Shown piece after piece: positions 1-11,970 of a stretch of 64,000 nucleotides of DNA. Positions within the stretch are counted from its first letter, which is position 1, and each line of letters opens with the position of its first letter. The position numbers and the translations under genes are program-made. This stretch comes from the human T2T-CHM13v2.0 reference genome, Homo sapiens: positions 8,320,001 to 8,384,000 of the forward strand of contig CP086569.2 of NCBI GenBank assembly GCA_009914755.4. Direction: 5' to 3'. Under the pieces are notes generated by a model. It worked only from the letters and a program-made list of their open reading frames with translations, had not been told where the DNA came from and made no database searches.

Positions 1-1810
1 GTTCAGCAAGGTGTGGGTTGTTGTCTCATAGTGGAGGCTGAGGTTGTTTGCACCTTGCAGGAGGCTTTCGGGTCTTCTGAAAGGAATCATTGAACATTGC
101 TTTGACTCCAGCACAAGGCAGCTCTTTACCTCAGATGAGCCTTGATTTTTCCTTGCTTTCATGGGGAATCGATACTGCCCCTCAACAACAGTACTGGACA
201 CCCTTTTGAGTCCTGCCATTGACACAGGTTACCTCTGAGACACTGTCTCAATCTCATCTGCACCTCTGAGAGGCCAGTTCAAGGTGTGAGAACATTGGTC
301 TACCTTGGACTTGCCTTTGTCATGGTTCCTGTCTTTCCCAGGAAGTCTCTTGGGGGTCCAGGATGAAGGGAGGCAGTGAGTTGAAGGGCACAGCCATCTT
401 TCACTGACATCAAACTCCGGTTCTCAGATATGGTTTTATCACCCAAAGAACCCTTGAAAACACAACAGATTATATTCCAATCCCCATGGGACCTGATTCT
501 TGCACACAATCTCTTTCAGGAATGGAGTCCGAAGAGAAGTTTTCAGATACCAGCCCACAGTCTCAAAACACCTTCTCCTTCAGTGGGACCTGACCAGAGA
601 GATGACTTATAGGGGTCATGAGGTCAAGATATTTATGATCTCACAGTGGGTTTTCGCAGGAAGACTTTTTTCTGATACTAGCATGGCTCTGACTGTACCA
701 GTATTCTCTGCTTAGGCAGTCTGACAGCTCTGACAACCAGGCACCACAACCTGCCTCACAAACATGTATACACAAATCTCAGGGCAACAGGCCTTATTGA
801 GAGCTTCGGTGACTGTCACAATAAATGTCACCACTGCCTAGTGACAAGTCTCTAAGGCTTTTCAGAGGAGTCTTCCATGGAAATTCATAGGCTGTGGACT
901 CTCTCCTGTCTTCTCTGTCGGATCCACAGGACAGTCCCATGATTCTAGGAAAGGGCAGATGTGAGCCAGGCTGAAGAAACATCAAGCAGAGCCCCAAAAA
1001 TAAACCTTGAAATCCATAAGGATCATAAAGAATCTGCAAGATTCCTCAGGTCTGCTTAGACGTAGGTGTAAGTCTTTTTGAAACTTGTCCCACTATGATT
1101 TGTAGGTACAGATTGCCTGTATTCCCTGGGGTTTCTGTCTCACAGGTGGGGCTTCCTCCAGAAACACGCAGCCTCAGGAGCTGCAGGCTCTGTGTTTCTG
1201 TGGGAGTTTTGAGAGTGCTGAATCTCTGGGTTTGCGTGTGGGGGGAGGTATTTTAAGTTTGTGTGTGTGTGTGTGTGTGTGTGGGTGTGTGTGTGTCTGT
1301 AAGTGAAATCTGCTTACAGGTATGTGGCTAACACACTTCAGTGCTTCTCTCTTTTTTTTTTTTTTGAGTCTTCAAATCTTTTGGTGGCCCATTTGTGTGG
1401 TTCTGCTTGGGTTGTGGGGCTCTGTGTTCTTCATTTTACTGTGGATCATGAATCCTCAATGAATCGGGAGGTGGGCTGAGACCCGCCTGCATCAAAATCA
1501 ACTCCCTGTGCCAAAAAAGCCACTGTTGCAGAAAGAAGAGGAGGACAGCCCACCAAATAACAGACATCGCCCAGTGTTTTGTTGTCCTGTGGCTAAGCCA
1601 AGGAGAGACACTGGAATTCCTGTCCACAGGGCCCATTGAATTTACCTCGAATTCTGTTCCCAGCCTAGCAGGTGCTTCGTGTAGTGAGGAGGTGATCCTC
1701 TGTCGTCTTGGCATTTCATCCTTGGATATAGAATGTGAGCAGCCATAAGGTCAGATAAGGGTGAGGATGCAATCTAGTAAGTGGTGGATGTGGTCCCCCA
1801 ACTACACATG
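1..1810 (-). repeat. Unit A1 (partial; window starts inside the unit)
   Basis: Ends at the conserved cac|ctgc boundary motif near 1810. Contains (GT)n at 1258-1300 and T15 at 1352-1366. Confidence 0.7.
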
Positions 1811-3057
1811 CAAAAAAAAAAAAATGAAGGTAAATGACAAAGAAGGTGCTTCCTACTCCATTCCCGCTCTCTGTTAATTGTAGGAGCAGTCAAAACCATG
1901 GCCCAGGGTTCAGGTTGGAGTACCCCAATGAGCAAGGAAAATTTGGACAGCAAATTGGGGCCATCCTGGCAAGCTCTTGATTTGAGGGCTTTCATACCCA
2001 GAGCCAAACGATAGTACAATAAATTGATGCTGGGTGGGATCTGGCCTCCACACTTGACTGTTCTTTTCCTGACTTCCATGTTCCTCATCGTGCTCCACCT
2101 TGGACTTGCCTTTGTCGTGGTTCCTTTCCTCCTCAAAGAACCCATGTGATATCCAGGATGTAGCCAGGCAGTGCAGTCAAGAGTTTTGCCTTCTTTCACT
2201 GACAGTGGCCTGGTATCTCAGGTATGATTCTATCACCCAAAGAATCCTGAAAAACACACTGTGATGGAACCTGATGTTTGCACACACCTTCTTTTGAGAA
2301 TAAAGTCAGAAGTGCAATTTCCAGAGACCATCACACAATGTCAAGATGCCTCCTCTTCCAGTGGGACCTGACCACAGAGATGGCCCAAAAGGTCCCCAAG
2401 GTCAAGATTTTTAGAGTCTTGGAGTAAGTTTTCACAGGAAGGCTTTATTCCAACACCAGGAGGGATGTTCCTGTACTGATTTCCTGTGCTTAGACATGCT
2501 GACAGCTCTGAGATTCAGGAGCCCTTGCCTGCCTCATGAATGTGCATGCAGTAGCCTCAGGGTACCAGGCCTTATTGTGATCTCTGGCTAGTGTCACCAT
2601 GAATGTTGTCATTGCCTAGCAACAACAAGTCCCTGTGGCTTGGTGGAAAAGGAGACCTCCATGGAAGTGTGTAGGCAATGGAATCCAGCGTTTTCTATGT
2701 TGGATTCATGAGATAGTCTTCTGATCCCAGGAGAGGGCAGACCTGACTCAGCCTGAAGAAACATCAAGCAAAGCCATAGGAATAAACAGTGATGTTCCAA
2801 AAAATCTAAGAGGATCTCCAGGATTTCTTAAAACTCTATATATGTTGTAGGGATGAGTCTTTTTGATACTTGCCCCACTGGGATTTCTAGATAAAACCTG
2901 CCTGTGTTCCGGTAGGTTGCTCCCTCCCAGGTGGGGCTTCTTGCATAACCACACATTTTCAGGAGCTGCTGAGCTGTGTACTTCTAAGGGAAAGTTGAGA
3001 TTGTTTGATGTCTGAGTGTTTGTCATTCTGTTTTAGTTATTTTTATGTTTATTTTTA

Positions 3058-3088
<31 letters not shown>

Positions 3089-3640
3089 GTGTCCCTGTAA
3101 GTGGATTCTGCATAAAATATTGAGGTTAATACAGTTTAGCGTTTCTTGTTTTTTTTTTTTTTTTTTTGAGTCTCCCAACATTTGGTGGCCTGTCCATGTG
3201 TGGCTCTGCTTGGGCTGTGGGACTCTGTTTTCTTTATTTTTCTGTGTATCGTGAATCCACAGCAAATTGGGAGGTGTGCCAGGAACTGCAAAGTTCTGAA
3301 TCACCTCTGCTTACAAAAAAAAAAAGAAAAGATAATCTTTTAGAAAGAAGAGAAGCACACCACACTAAAACAAACAAACAAACAAACAAACAAACAAAAA
3401 CCTTTCTTAGGATTTTATTGTCATATGACCAACCCAGGGAGAGACACTACTAGTCCTGTCCACAGGGCCACTTGAATTCACCTAAATTTTCCCCAGATGA
3501 GTAGGTGCTTCAAGTCATGAGGAAGGCCTCTTCCATCATATTGGGACTTTATCTTGGGACATAAAATGTGAACAGCAACAAGATCAGATAGAGGTGAGGA
3601 TACAATCTGGTGAGAAATAGATGGGGTCCCTCAACTTCAC
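1811..3640 (-). repeat. Unit A2, shortened to 1.83 kb by a ~0.65 kb internal deletion near 2090-2095
   Basis: At ~2092 the sequence jumps from the ...tccatgttcctcat region to the ...cttggacttgcctttgtcgtggttcc region. Those two regions are ~660 bp apart in full-length units. Confidence 0.65.
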
Positions 3641-6112
3641 CTGCAACGAAAATGAAGAGAGATGAGTCAGGAGGTGCTTCCAACATCTTCCATGCATTCC
3701 CTTAATTGCACAAGAAGTTCACACCATGGCCCAGTGTGCAGGTGGGAGTACTCCAACCTAGAAGAAGTATTTAGAGTGCAAATTGGGGTCATCCTGGCAA
3801 ACTCCCAATTTGAGGGCTTTCATACCCAGAGCCAAATGGGTGTGGAATGAACTGATGCTGTGTGGAATGTGGCCTTCATACTTGCCTCTTTTCCTCACTT
3901 CCATGTTCCTCGTTGGCCTAAGATTTTCTGAGTCTGGCTCAACGACTTCCACTATAAGTGTATCCAAGTTCAGGAAAAACGACCCTCATGGGAATCCATT
4001 GTGTGAGTGTTTTCTTCTAAACACTCGTGTTTTAATGACTGGGCATCTTTGATACTTTTATAACCATAAATTCCCTTTACAGCCCCCAAGAAAAAAACTC
4101 TCAGTCTCCCGCTTCTATGTAAGGGCTGCATGATTTATGTAGGATAAGAAGCAGGAAGCCATGTCTGAATTTCACCTGGTAATCTAGCCTTTGTTTGGTT
4201 TAATCTGCACGACATTTCTCATTATGGAGAAGGTCTTTCATTGGGCTGTTTCTGGATGCAACTGCCTCTCTTTACAGAGCTTTTGGCTGCCAGGGATTTC
4301 AGTGAGCAAAAGGTCTTCAGGAAGACTTGCTTCACTCAAGGTTGTGGTTCATGCTCTCTTTGTGGAGGCTGAGGATTTTTGCTTTTTGCAGGAGATTTTT
4401 GGATCCCCTGACAGGAATTTTTAAATGTTGCTTGGACTCCAGCATTAGTCAGCTTGTTCTTTCAAGCTAGCCATATTTTTCCTTGCTATCACCTGGGGTC
4501 CACAGTGCCTCTCAACGGCACTACTGAACACCCTTTTCAGGCTTCCCATCTCCACAGATGGCCTCTGAGACCCTATCTCAACCCTACCTGCATCTGTGAG
4601 AAGTGAGTACGAGTTGTGAGAAATCTGCTCCTTGTAGGATTTGCCTTTGTCATGGTTTCTGCCTTTTCTAGAGAGCCCCTGTGAGGCCCAGGATGAAAAG
4701 AGGCAGTGACATCAAGGTCCCAGCCATCTTTGCTGACACCTGACTCTGGGGTCTCAGGTATGATTCCAGTATCCAAACACTTCTCAACAACTCACCAGAT
4801 GACATTCCTATCCCCGTGGAAGCAGATTTTTGCACATAGAGTCTTCTGGAAATGGAGTCAGAAAAGCAGTTTCCAGAGACCACCTCACAGTATCGAAACA
4901 CCTCTTCTTGCATGACCTGATGACAGAGGCAGCATGAAAATCCCCCGAGGTTGAGAGCTTTAGCATCCCACAAGGGGTTATCGCAGGCAGACTTTTTTTG
5001 GGACGCCAGGCCGGCTCTGCCTTACCATTTTCCTCTGCTTAGGCAGGCTGCCAGCTCTGAGAGACAGGTGCCTCAGCCTGTCTCCTGAATGAACCTGCAG
5101 TAGTCTCAAGGGACCAGGCCTGAGGTTGAACTCTGGTTAGCTTCACAATGAATGCCACCGTTGCCTAGAAAAAAGTTTCAGCGGCTGTTTGGAGAAGGAA
5201 ACCTCCAGGTAGGTGCGTAGGCAGTGGACTCTCACCTGTCTTCTCTGTGGGATCGAAGGAATTGTTCCACGATCCTAGGAAAGGGAAGACATGAGCCAGC
5301 CTGAAGAAACATTAAGCAGAGTCCCAGAAATAAACTGTGACATCCCTAAGTATCCAAAAGGATCTGCAGGATGCCTCAGGCTGGCCTAGACCTTGTAGGC
5401 ATGGGTCCTTTAGAAACTTGCCCCACTGTGATTTCTAGGTACAGCCCACCTGTGTTCTTCATGGTTGCTGTCTCCCAGGTGGGGTTTTCTGCACAACCAC
5501 ACAGTCTCAGAAGCTGCTGGGTTGTGTGTTTCTGTGGGAGTGTTGTGAATGTTGGATGTCTGTGTGTGAGTAGCTTTGTGTGTTTGTGTGTGTGTGTGTC
5601 TGTGTGTTTGTTCCTGTAAAGGGAGTCTGCTTACAGAAATGTGACCGATGCACTACAGTGCTTCTTTTTTGTTTGTGTCCCAACCTTTTGCTTGCCTGTC
5701 TGTGTGGCTCTTTTTGGGCTGAAGGGATCCATGTTATTTATATTTCTGTGGGTTATGAATCTGCAGTGCACTGGAAGGCTGGCTGATACCTCCTGGAATC
5801 CAAATCAATTCCCCCTAGAAAAAAAGCCACTCCCCTAGATAGAAGAGAGGCACACAAAACTTAAAAGAGACACCTCCTAGTGTTTCATTGTCCCATGGAA
5901 ACATGGGAAAAAAGCATTAGCAGTCCTGTCTGCAGGGCCCCTTAAATTTTCCTCAAATTTCGTTCCCAGTTGAGCTAGTGATTGACATCCTGAAATAGCA
6001 CTCTTCCATCATCTTGGGATTTGATTCTGGGATACAGTATGTGAGAGCAATGAGGTCAGATAGAGGAGAAAATACAAGCTGGTAATGGGTAGATGAGGTC
6101 TTGCACCTTTAC
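3641..6112 (-). repeat. Unit A3 (full length, 2472 bp)
   Basis: Bounded by the boundary motifs at 3640 and 6112. Contains (GT)n at 5578-5610 and (CAAA)n at 3366-3398. Confidence 0.75.
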
Positions 6113-8594
6113 CTGCAAAAGAGGTGAAGACAGATGACAAAAAAGTTGCTTCCAGCTGCATCCACGAATTCCCTTAATTGCACAAGCAGTTCGCACCATG
6201 GCCTAGTGTTCAGAATGGAGTACTCTAATGTGCAGGGAACATTTGGAGTGCAAATTGGTGCCATGCTTGAAAAGCCCGATTTAAGGGCTTTCATACTTGG
6301 AGGCAAATGGGAGTGAGATGGATAGATGTTGTTTAGGTTTTGGCCTTCACATTTGCCTCTTCTTTTCCTGACTTCCATGTTCCTCATTGGCCTAGGGTTT
6401 TCTGGGTCTGGCTCAACATCTTCCACATTAAAGCACTCCCAGTTCACAGAGGACGACCCTCATGGAAATCCATTGCATGAGTATTTCCTTCTAAACACTG
6501 TCATGTTTTAACGACTGGACATCTGTTATACTTTTAAAACAGTTAATTCATGTTACAGTCAAAAAAATGGAAACTCTTGTTCTCCCTCTTCTATCGGGGG
6601 GCTGCATAATTTCTGTAGAATGAGAAGCAGGCAGCCATGTTTGGCTTTCTGCCTGGCAATCTACGGTCTGTTTCATTACATCTGGATGTTTTTTCTTATT
6701 GTGTAGGGAGTCTTTCATTGGGCTGTTGCAGGATAGTATTGCCTGTCACCACTGATCTTTTGGTTGCCAGGGATTTCAGGGAGCAATAGGGACTTCAGGG
6801 ATTCTTGTAGTGTTCAGGCTGTGGGTCACTGTCTTGTTGTGGGTGCTTAGTTTGTTTGCTTTTGCCAGGAGGGTTTTCAGTACTCTAACAAGAATCTTTG
6901 AATGTGGCTTGGAATCCAGCACAAGTCAGGTCATTCTCTCAGGCAATTCTTGGTTTTTCTTTGCTTTCAATGGTGTTCCACAGTGCCCATCAACAGCACT
7001 ACTGGATACAATTTTCAGGCTTGCAATTACAACAGACAGCCTTTGAGACAATGTCTCAACCTCATCTGCACATGTCAGAGGCCAATTTGAGGGGAGAGAA
7101 CATTGCTTCACCTTGGAATTGCCTTTGTCGTGGTTCCTGCCTTTCCTATATAGCCCCTGCAAGGCCTAGGTTGAAGGGAGGCAGCAACATCAAGAGCCCA
7201 GCCATCTTTCCTGACACCTGCCTTTGGGGTCTCAGGTCTGGTTCCATCATCCAACGACCCCTCAACAGTTCACCAGACTATATTCCAGTCCCCATGGGAC
7301 ATGATTCTTTCATGCACCTTCTTTTGGGAATGGAGTCAGAATAGCAGTTTTCAGCTATTACCACACAGTCATGAAACACCTCCACCTCCAGTGGAACCTG
7401 ACCATACAGACAGCTCAAACTGACCCTAATATTGAGACTTTTAGGGACCTTCTTTGTTTTATCATAGGCAGTCTTTTCCTGATACCAGGCCAGCTCTGCC
7501 TCTACCATTTTCTTCTCCTCAGACAGGCTGACAGCTCTGACAGGCAGGCACCCCAGACTGTCTTAGTTATGTGCATGGACTTATCTTAGGGCACCAGGTC
7601 TGAGCTGTGAGCTAGTGTCAGAATGAATGCCACTGTTTACTAGCAACAAGTTCTTGCTACTTGGGGTGGAAAGAGACCACCACTGAAGTGCATCCATGGT
7701 GGACTCTCACCTGTCTTTTCTGTGGGATCCACTGGATATTCCCATGAGTCTAGGAGAGGGCAGATGTGAGCCAGCCTGAAAAAAGTCAATCTAATCCCAA
7801 TTAATGAACCACAAATCCCTAAGGATCCAAAAGACCCACAGGATGCCTCAGGCCTGCTTAGATGTTGTAGGGGTGAGTCCTTTACAAACTTGCCCCATTA
7901 TGATTTCTAGGCACAGCCCACCTGTGTTCCCCATGGTTGCTGTTTCCCAAATGGGGCTTCCTGTGGAACCACAAAGCCTCAGAAGCTGCTGCGCTGTGTT
8001 TCTGTGGGAGTGTTGTGAGTGTTGATTGTGTTTGTGTGTGGCTTTGTGTGTTTAAGAGTGTGTGTGTTTGTGTGTGTGTGTGTGTGTGCCTGTAAGTGGA
8101 GTCTCCTTAAAGGAATGTGGCTAATGAACTTCAGGGCTTCCTTTTATTTTATTTTTTTTTAATCTCCCAATATTTGTGTCCTGTCTGCGAGGCTCTTCTT
8201 GGGCTGTGGTGCTCCGTGTTCTTTATTTTTCTGTGGATCATGAATCCACAGTTAATTGGGAGGCTGGCTGAGAAACTGCCCCCTCCAAAATAAATAAATA
8301 AATAAATAAAAGCCACTCTTCAAGAAAGAAGAGCAGCAAACCACACCCCAAAACATTTCCCACTCTTTCATTGTCCTATGGCCAACCAAGAGAGAGACAG
8401 TAGCAGTCCTTTTTGCAGGGCCCTTGAATTTTCCTGGAGTCGGCTTCCAATCTGAGAAGGTGCTTGACATCCTGAGGTGGCACTCCTTCATTGTCTTGAG
8501 ATATCATTCTACATCAGAGAGTGTGAGCAGCAATAAAGTCAGATGGGGTGAAGATATTATCTGGTGAGGGGTGTATGGGGTCCCACATCTTCAC
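6113..8594 (-). repeat. Unit A4 (full length, 2482 bp)
   Basis: Bounded by the boundary motifs at 6112 and 8594. Contains (GT)n at 8062-8090 and (AAAT)n at 8288-8318. Confidence 0.75.
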
Positions 8595-11035
8595 CTGCAA
8601 AAAAGGTGAGGACAGATGACACAGAAGCTGCTTCCAAATGCAACCCCACATTCCCTCAATTGCACAAGCAGTCCACACCATGGCCAGTTGTTTAGGAGGG
8701 AGTACTGCAACGTGCAAGAAACGTTTGGAGTGCAAACTGGGGCCATTTTGGCAAACTGCTGATTTGAGGGCTTTTACACCCAGAGCCAGATGAGAATAGC
8801 ATGAATCAATGCTGGGTGGGATGTGGCTTCTACACTTGTCTCTTCTTTTCCTGACTTCCATGTTCCTTGTCAGCCTAGGGTTTCCTTTGTCTGGCTCCAC
8901 CTCTTTCAAACTAAACATTTTTCAGTTCACAGAGGACGACCCTCATGGCAATCCATTGCTTGAGTTTTTCTTTCTAAACAGTGTCCTGTTTTAATTACTG
9001 GGCAGCTGCGATAATTTTAAAACTATGAATTCCTGTTGCATCCACCAACAAAGAAACACTTCTCCTTCCACTTCTATTGGAGGGCTGCATGATTCCTGTT
9101 GGGTGAGAATCTGGCAGCCATTTCTGGCTTTTACCTCATAATCTAGGCTCTGTTTCATTACATTTGAGTGTCCTTTCTCATTGTGGAGGGCCTCTTCAAT
9201 TGGGCTGTTGCTGGATGGAACTGTTTCTCACCACAGATCTTCTGGCTGCCAGGGATTTCAGGGAGCAAAAAAGACTTCATGTGGGCTGTCTGCACTCCAG
9301 ATTGTCATAGTGTCATTTTGGTGGCTGAGAATGTTAGCACTTTGCAGGATGCTTTTGTGTCCTCAGACAAGAATATTTTAACGTTGCTTGGACTGCAGGA
9401 CAAGTCAGCTTGCTCTCTCAGGTGATCATTGATTTTTCTGTGTTTTCATTGAGGGTCCACAGTGCCCCTCAACATTACTACTGGACACACTTTTCAGGCT
9501 TACAACACCACAGATGCCCTCTAAGACACTGTCTCAACCTCATCTGCACCCGTGAGAGGCCTGTTTGAGATGTGAGATCACTGCTCCACATTGGAATTGC
9601 ATTTGTTATGGTTTCTGCCTTTCCCAGAGAGCCCATGCAAGGAGCAAGGTGGAGGCAGTGAGGTCAAGTGCCCGGCCAAGTTTTGCTGACACCTGTCTCT
9701 GGTGTCTCAGGTATGTTTCCGTCACCCAACGACCCTTCAACAACTCACCAGATTATATTCCAATCCCCATGGGGCCAGATTCTTGCACACAGACTCTTTC
9801 TGGAATGGAGTTAGAAGAGCGGTTTCCAGCAATCACTTCACAGTCCTGAAATGCCTCCTTCTCCACTGGACCCGACTGCAGGGACCGCTGGAAGGATCTG
9901 TGAGGTCGAGAATTTTAGAGTCCTGCTATAAGTTATTGCAAGCAACATTTTTCCTGGTGCCAGGCCGGCTATGCCTGTACCATTTTTCTTTGCTTAGGCA
10001 GGATGACAGCCCTGACAACCCGGCGCCCGAGCCTGCCTCACGAGTGCGCATGCGCTAGTCTTAAAGCACTAACTTTTAGCTGTGAGCTCTGGCTAGCAAC
10101 AATATGAATAGCACCGTTGCCTAGAGACAAGTCCCTGCGACTTGGCAGAAAAGGACACTTCTGTGGAGTTGCGTTGTCGGTTGGCACTCACCTGTCTTCT
10201 TGGTTTGATTCACATGATATACCTAAAATCCTAGGAAATGGCCTAGGTGAGCCAGCTGGAAGAAACGTTAAACAGTGCACCAGGTATAAACTGTGAAACC
10301 CCTAAAGATCCAAATTATCTGCAGGCCTGCCTAGATGTTGTAGAGGTGAGTCTTTATGAATCTTGCCACACTGTGATTCCTAGGTACAGTAGCCTATGTC
10401 CCCTGAGCTTGCCCTCTCCCAGGTGGGAATTCCTGCAGAACAACTCAGCCTCAGAAGCTGCTGGGCTGTGTTTCTGTGAGAGTGTGGTGGGTGTTCAATG
10501 TCTGTGTGTGTAGTTTGGTGTGTGTGTATGTGTGTGTGTGCCTGTAAGTGCAGTCTACTTAAAGAAATGAGGCTAACCCTCTACAGAGCTTCTTTGTTTT
10601 TTAGTCATCCAACCTTTTGTTGGCCCATCTGTGTGGCTCTGCTTAGGCTCCCATGTTCCGTGTTCTTCCGTTTTCATGAATCTCAGTGAATCGAGGGGCT
10701 GGTTGAAACCCACCAGGTTCCAAATCAGCACCCCTTGTATAAAGAAGCCACTCTTATAGAAAGAAGAGGAGCACATGACACACACACAAAAACAGATATT
10801 TGTCAATGTTTTTGTCTTGCAGCCAAGCCAAGGAGAGGCACTTGCAGTCCTGTCCACAGGGACTCTTGAGTTTACCTGAAATTCAGTTTCCAGCTGAGCA
10901 GGTGCTTCAAGTCACGAGGGGGCACTCCTGCATCATTTTGGGATTTCATTCTACGGTAGAGAATGCAAGCAGCAATGAGTTCAGATAGGAGTAAGGATAC
11001 AATCTGATGAGGGGTGGATGCTGTCCCACCTTCAC
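8595..11035 (-). repeat. Unit A5 (full length, 2441 bp)
   Basis: Bounded by the boundary motifs at 8594 and 11035. Contains (GT)n at 10515-10545. Confidence 0.75.
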
Positions 11036-11970
11036 CTGCAAAAATCTGAAGATATATGACACAGAACGTGCTTCCAACTCCATCCCCACATTTCCTTAAT
11101 TGCACATGCAGTCAAATCATGCCCCGGGGTTTATGTGGGAGTATTACAATGTGCAGGGAATACTTGGAGTGCAAACTGGGGTTAACCTGGCAAACTTCTG
11201 TATGAGGGCTTTCAAACCCGGGGCTAAATGGGAGTGGGATGGATTGATGCTGGGTGAAATGTGGCCTTCACACTTGCCTTTTCCTTTCCTGTCTTTCATG
11301 TTGCTCATTGACCTAGCTTTCTCTGGGTCTGGCTCCATGTCTTCCATGCTAAACGTTTCCCAGTTCATGAAGGACTACCCTCATGGGAGTCCATTGCCTG
11401 AGTGTTTCCTCCTAAACACTGTCGCATTTCTTTCAATGACTGGGAACCTGTGATGTTTTAAAACTGTAAATTCTCATTAAAGCTGCCAACAAGGAAACTC
11501 TTATTCTCCCACATCTATCAGAAGGCTGCATGATTCCTGTAAGAAAACAACCAGGAAGCCATGTCAGGATTTTGCCTGGTACTCTAGGCCCTGTTTCATT
11601 TCATCTGCATGTCATTTCTCATTATGGAGGTGGTATTTCATTGGGCTGTTGCTAAATGGGACTGCCCCCTCCACAGATCTTTTGGCTGCCAGGTATTTCA
11701 GGGAGCAAAATAGATTATGGGTAGTCTGGCTGCACTCCAGGTTGTGGATCATCGTATTGATGTGATAGCTGAGGTTGTTTGAACTTTGTAGGTGGCTTTT
11801 GGGTTTGCTGAAAAGAATCTTTGAATGTTGCTATGATTCCAGCACAAATCAGCTCATTCTCTCAGGAAACTTTTGAGTTTTTGTTGCTTTCATGTGGGGT
11901 CTACAATTCCCCTCAACACATTACTGTACAGACTTTATACACTGGCAATGGCCACAGAGGGCCTCTTAAT
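11036..11970 (-). repeat. Unit A6, cut off at the inversion junction (only ~935 bp of the unit remains)
   Basis: Collinear with other A units up to ...ccacagagggcctcttaa (~11969). After that the sequence switches to plus-orientation unit sequence. Confidence 0.75.

Larger units (their letters stand above)
1..11970 (-). repeat. Tandem array block A: six units (two partial) of a ~2.45 kb repeat in reverse orientation relative to the rest of the window
   Basis: The reverse complement of the block-B landmarks recurs at 1810, 3640, 6112, 8594 and 11035 (period ~2.44-2.48 kb). These landmarks are the cacctgcaaaaa boundary, the hairpin ctgtggatcatgaatccacag, the (GT)n block and the poly-T tract. 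Conserved peptide fragments sit on the strand opposite to that used in block B. Confidence 0.9.
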
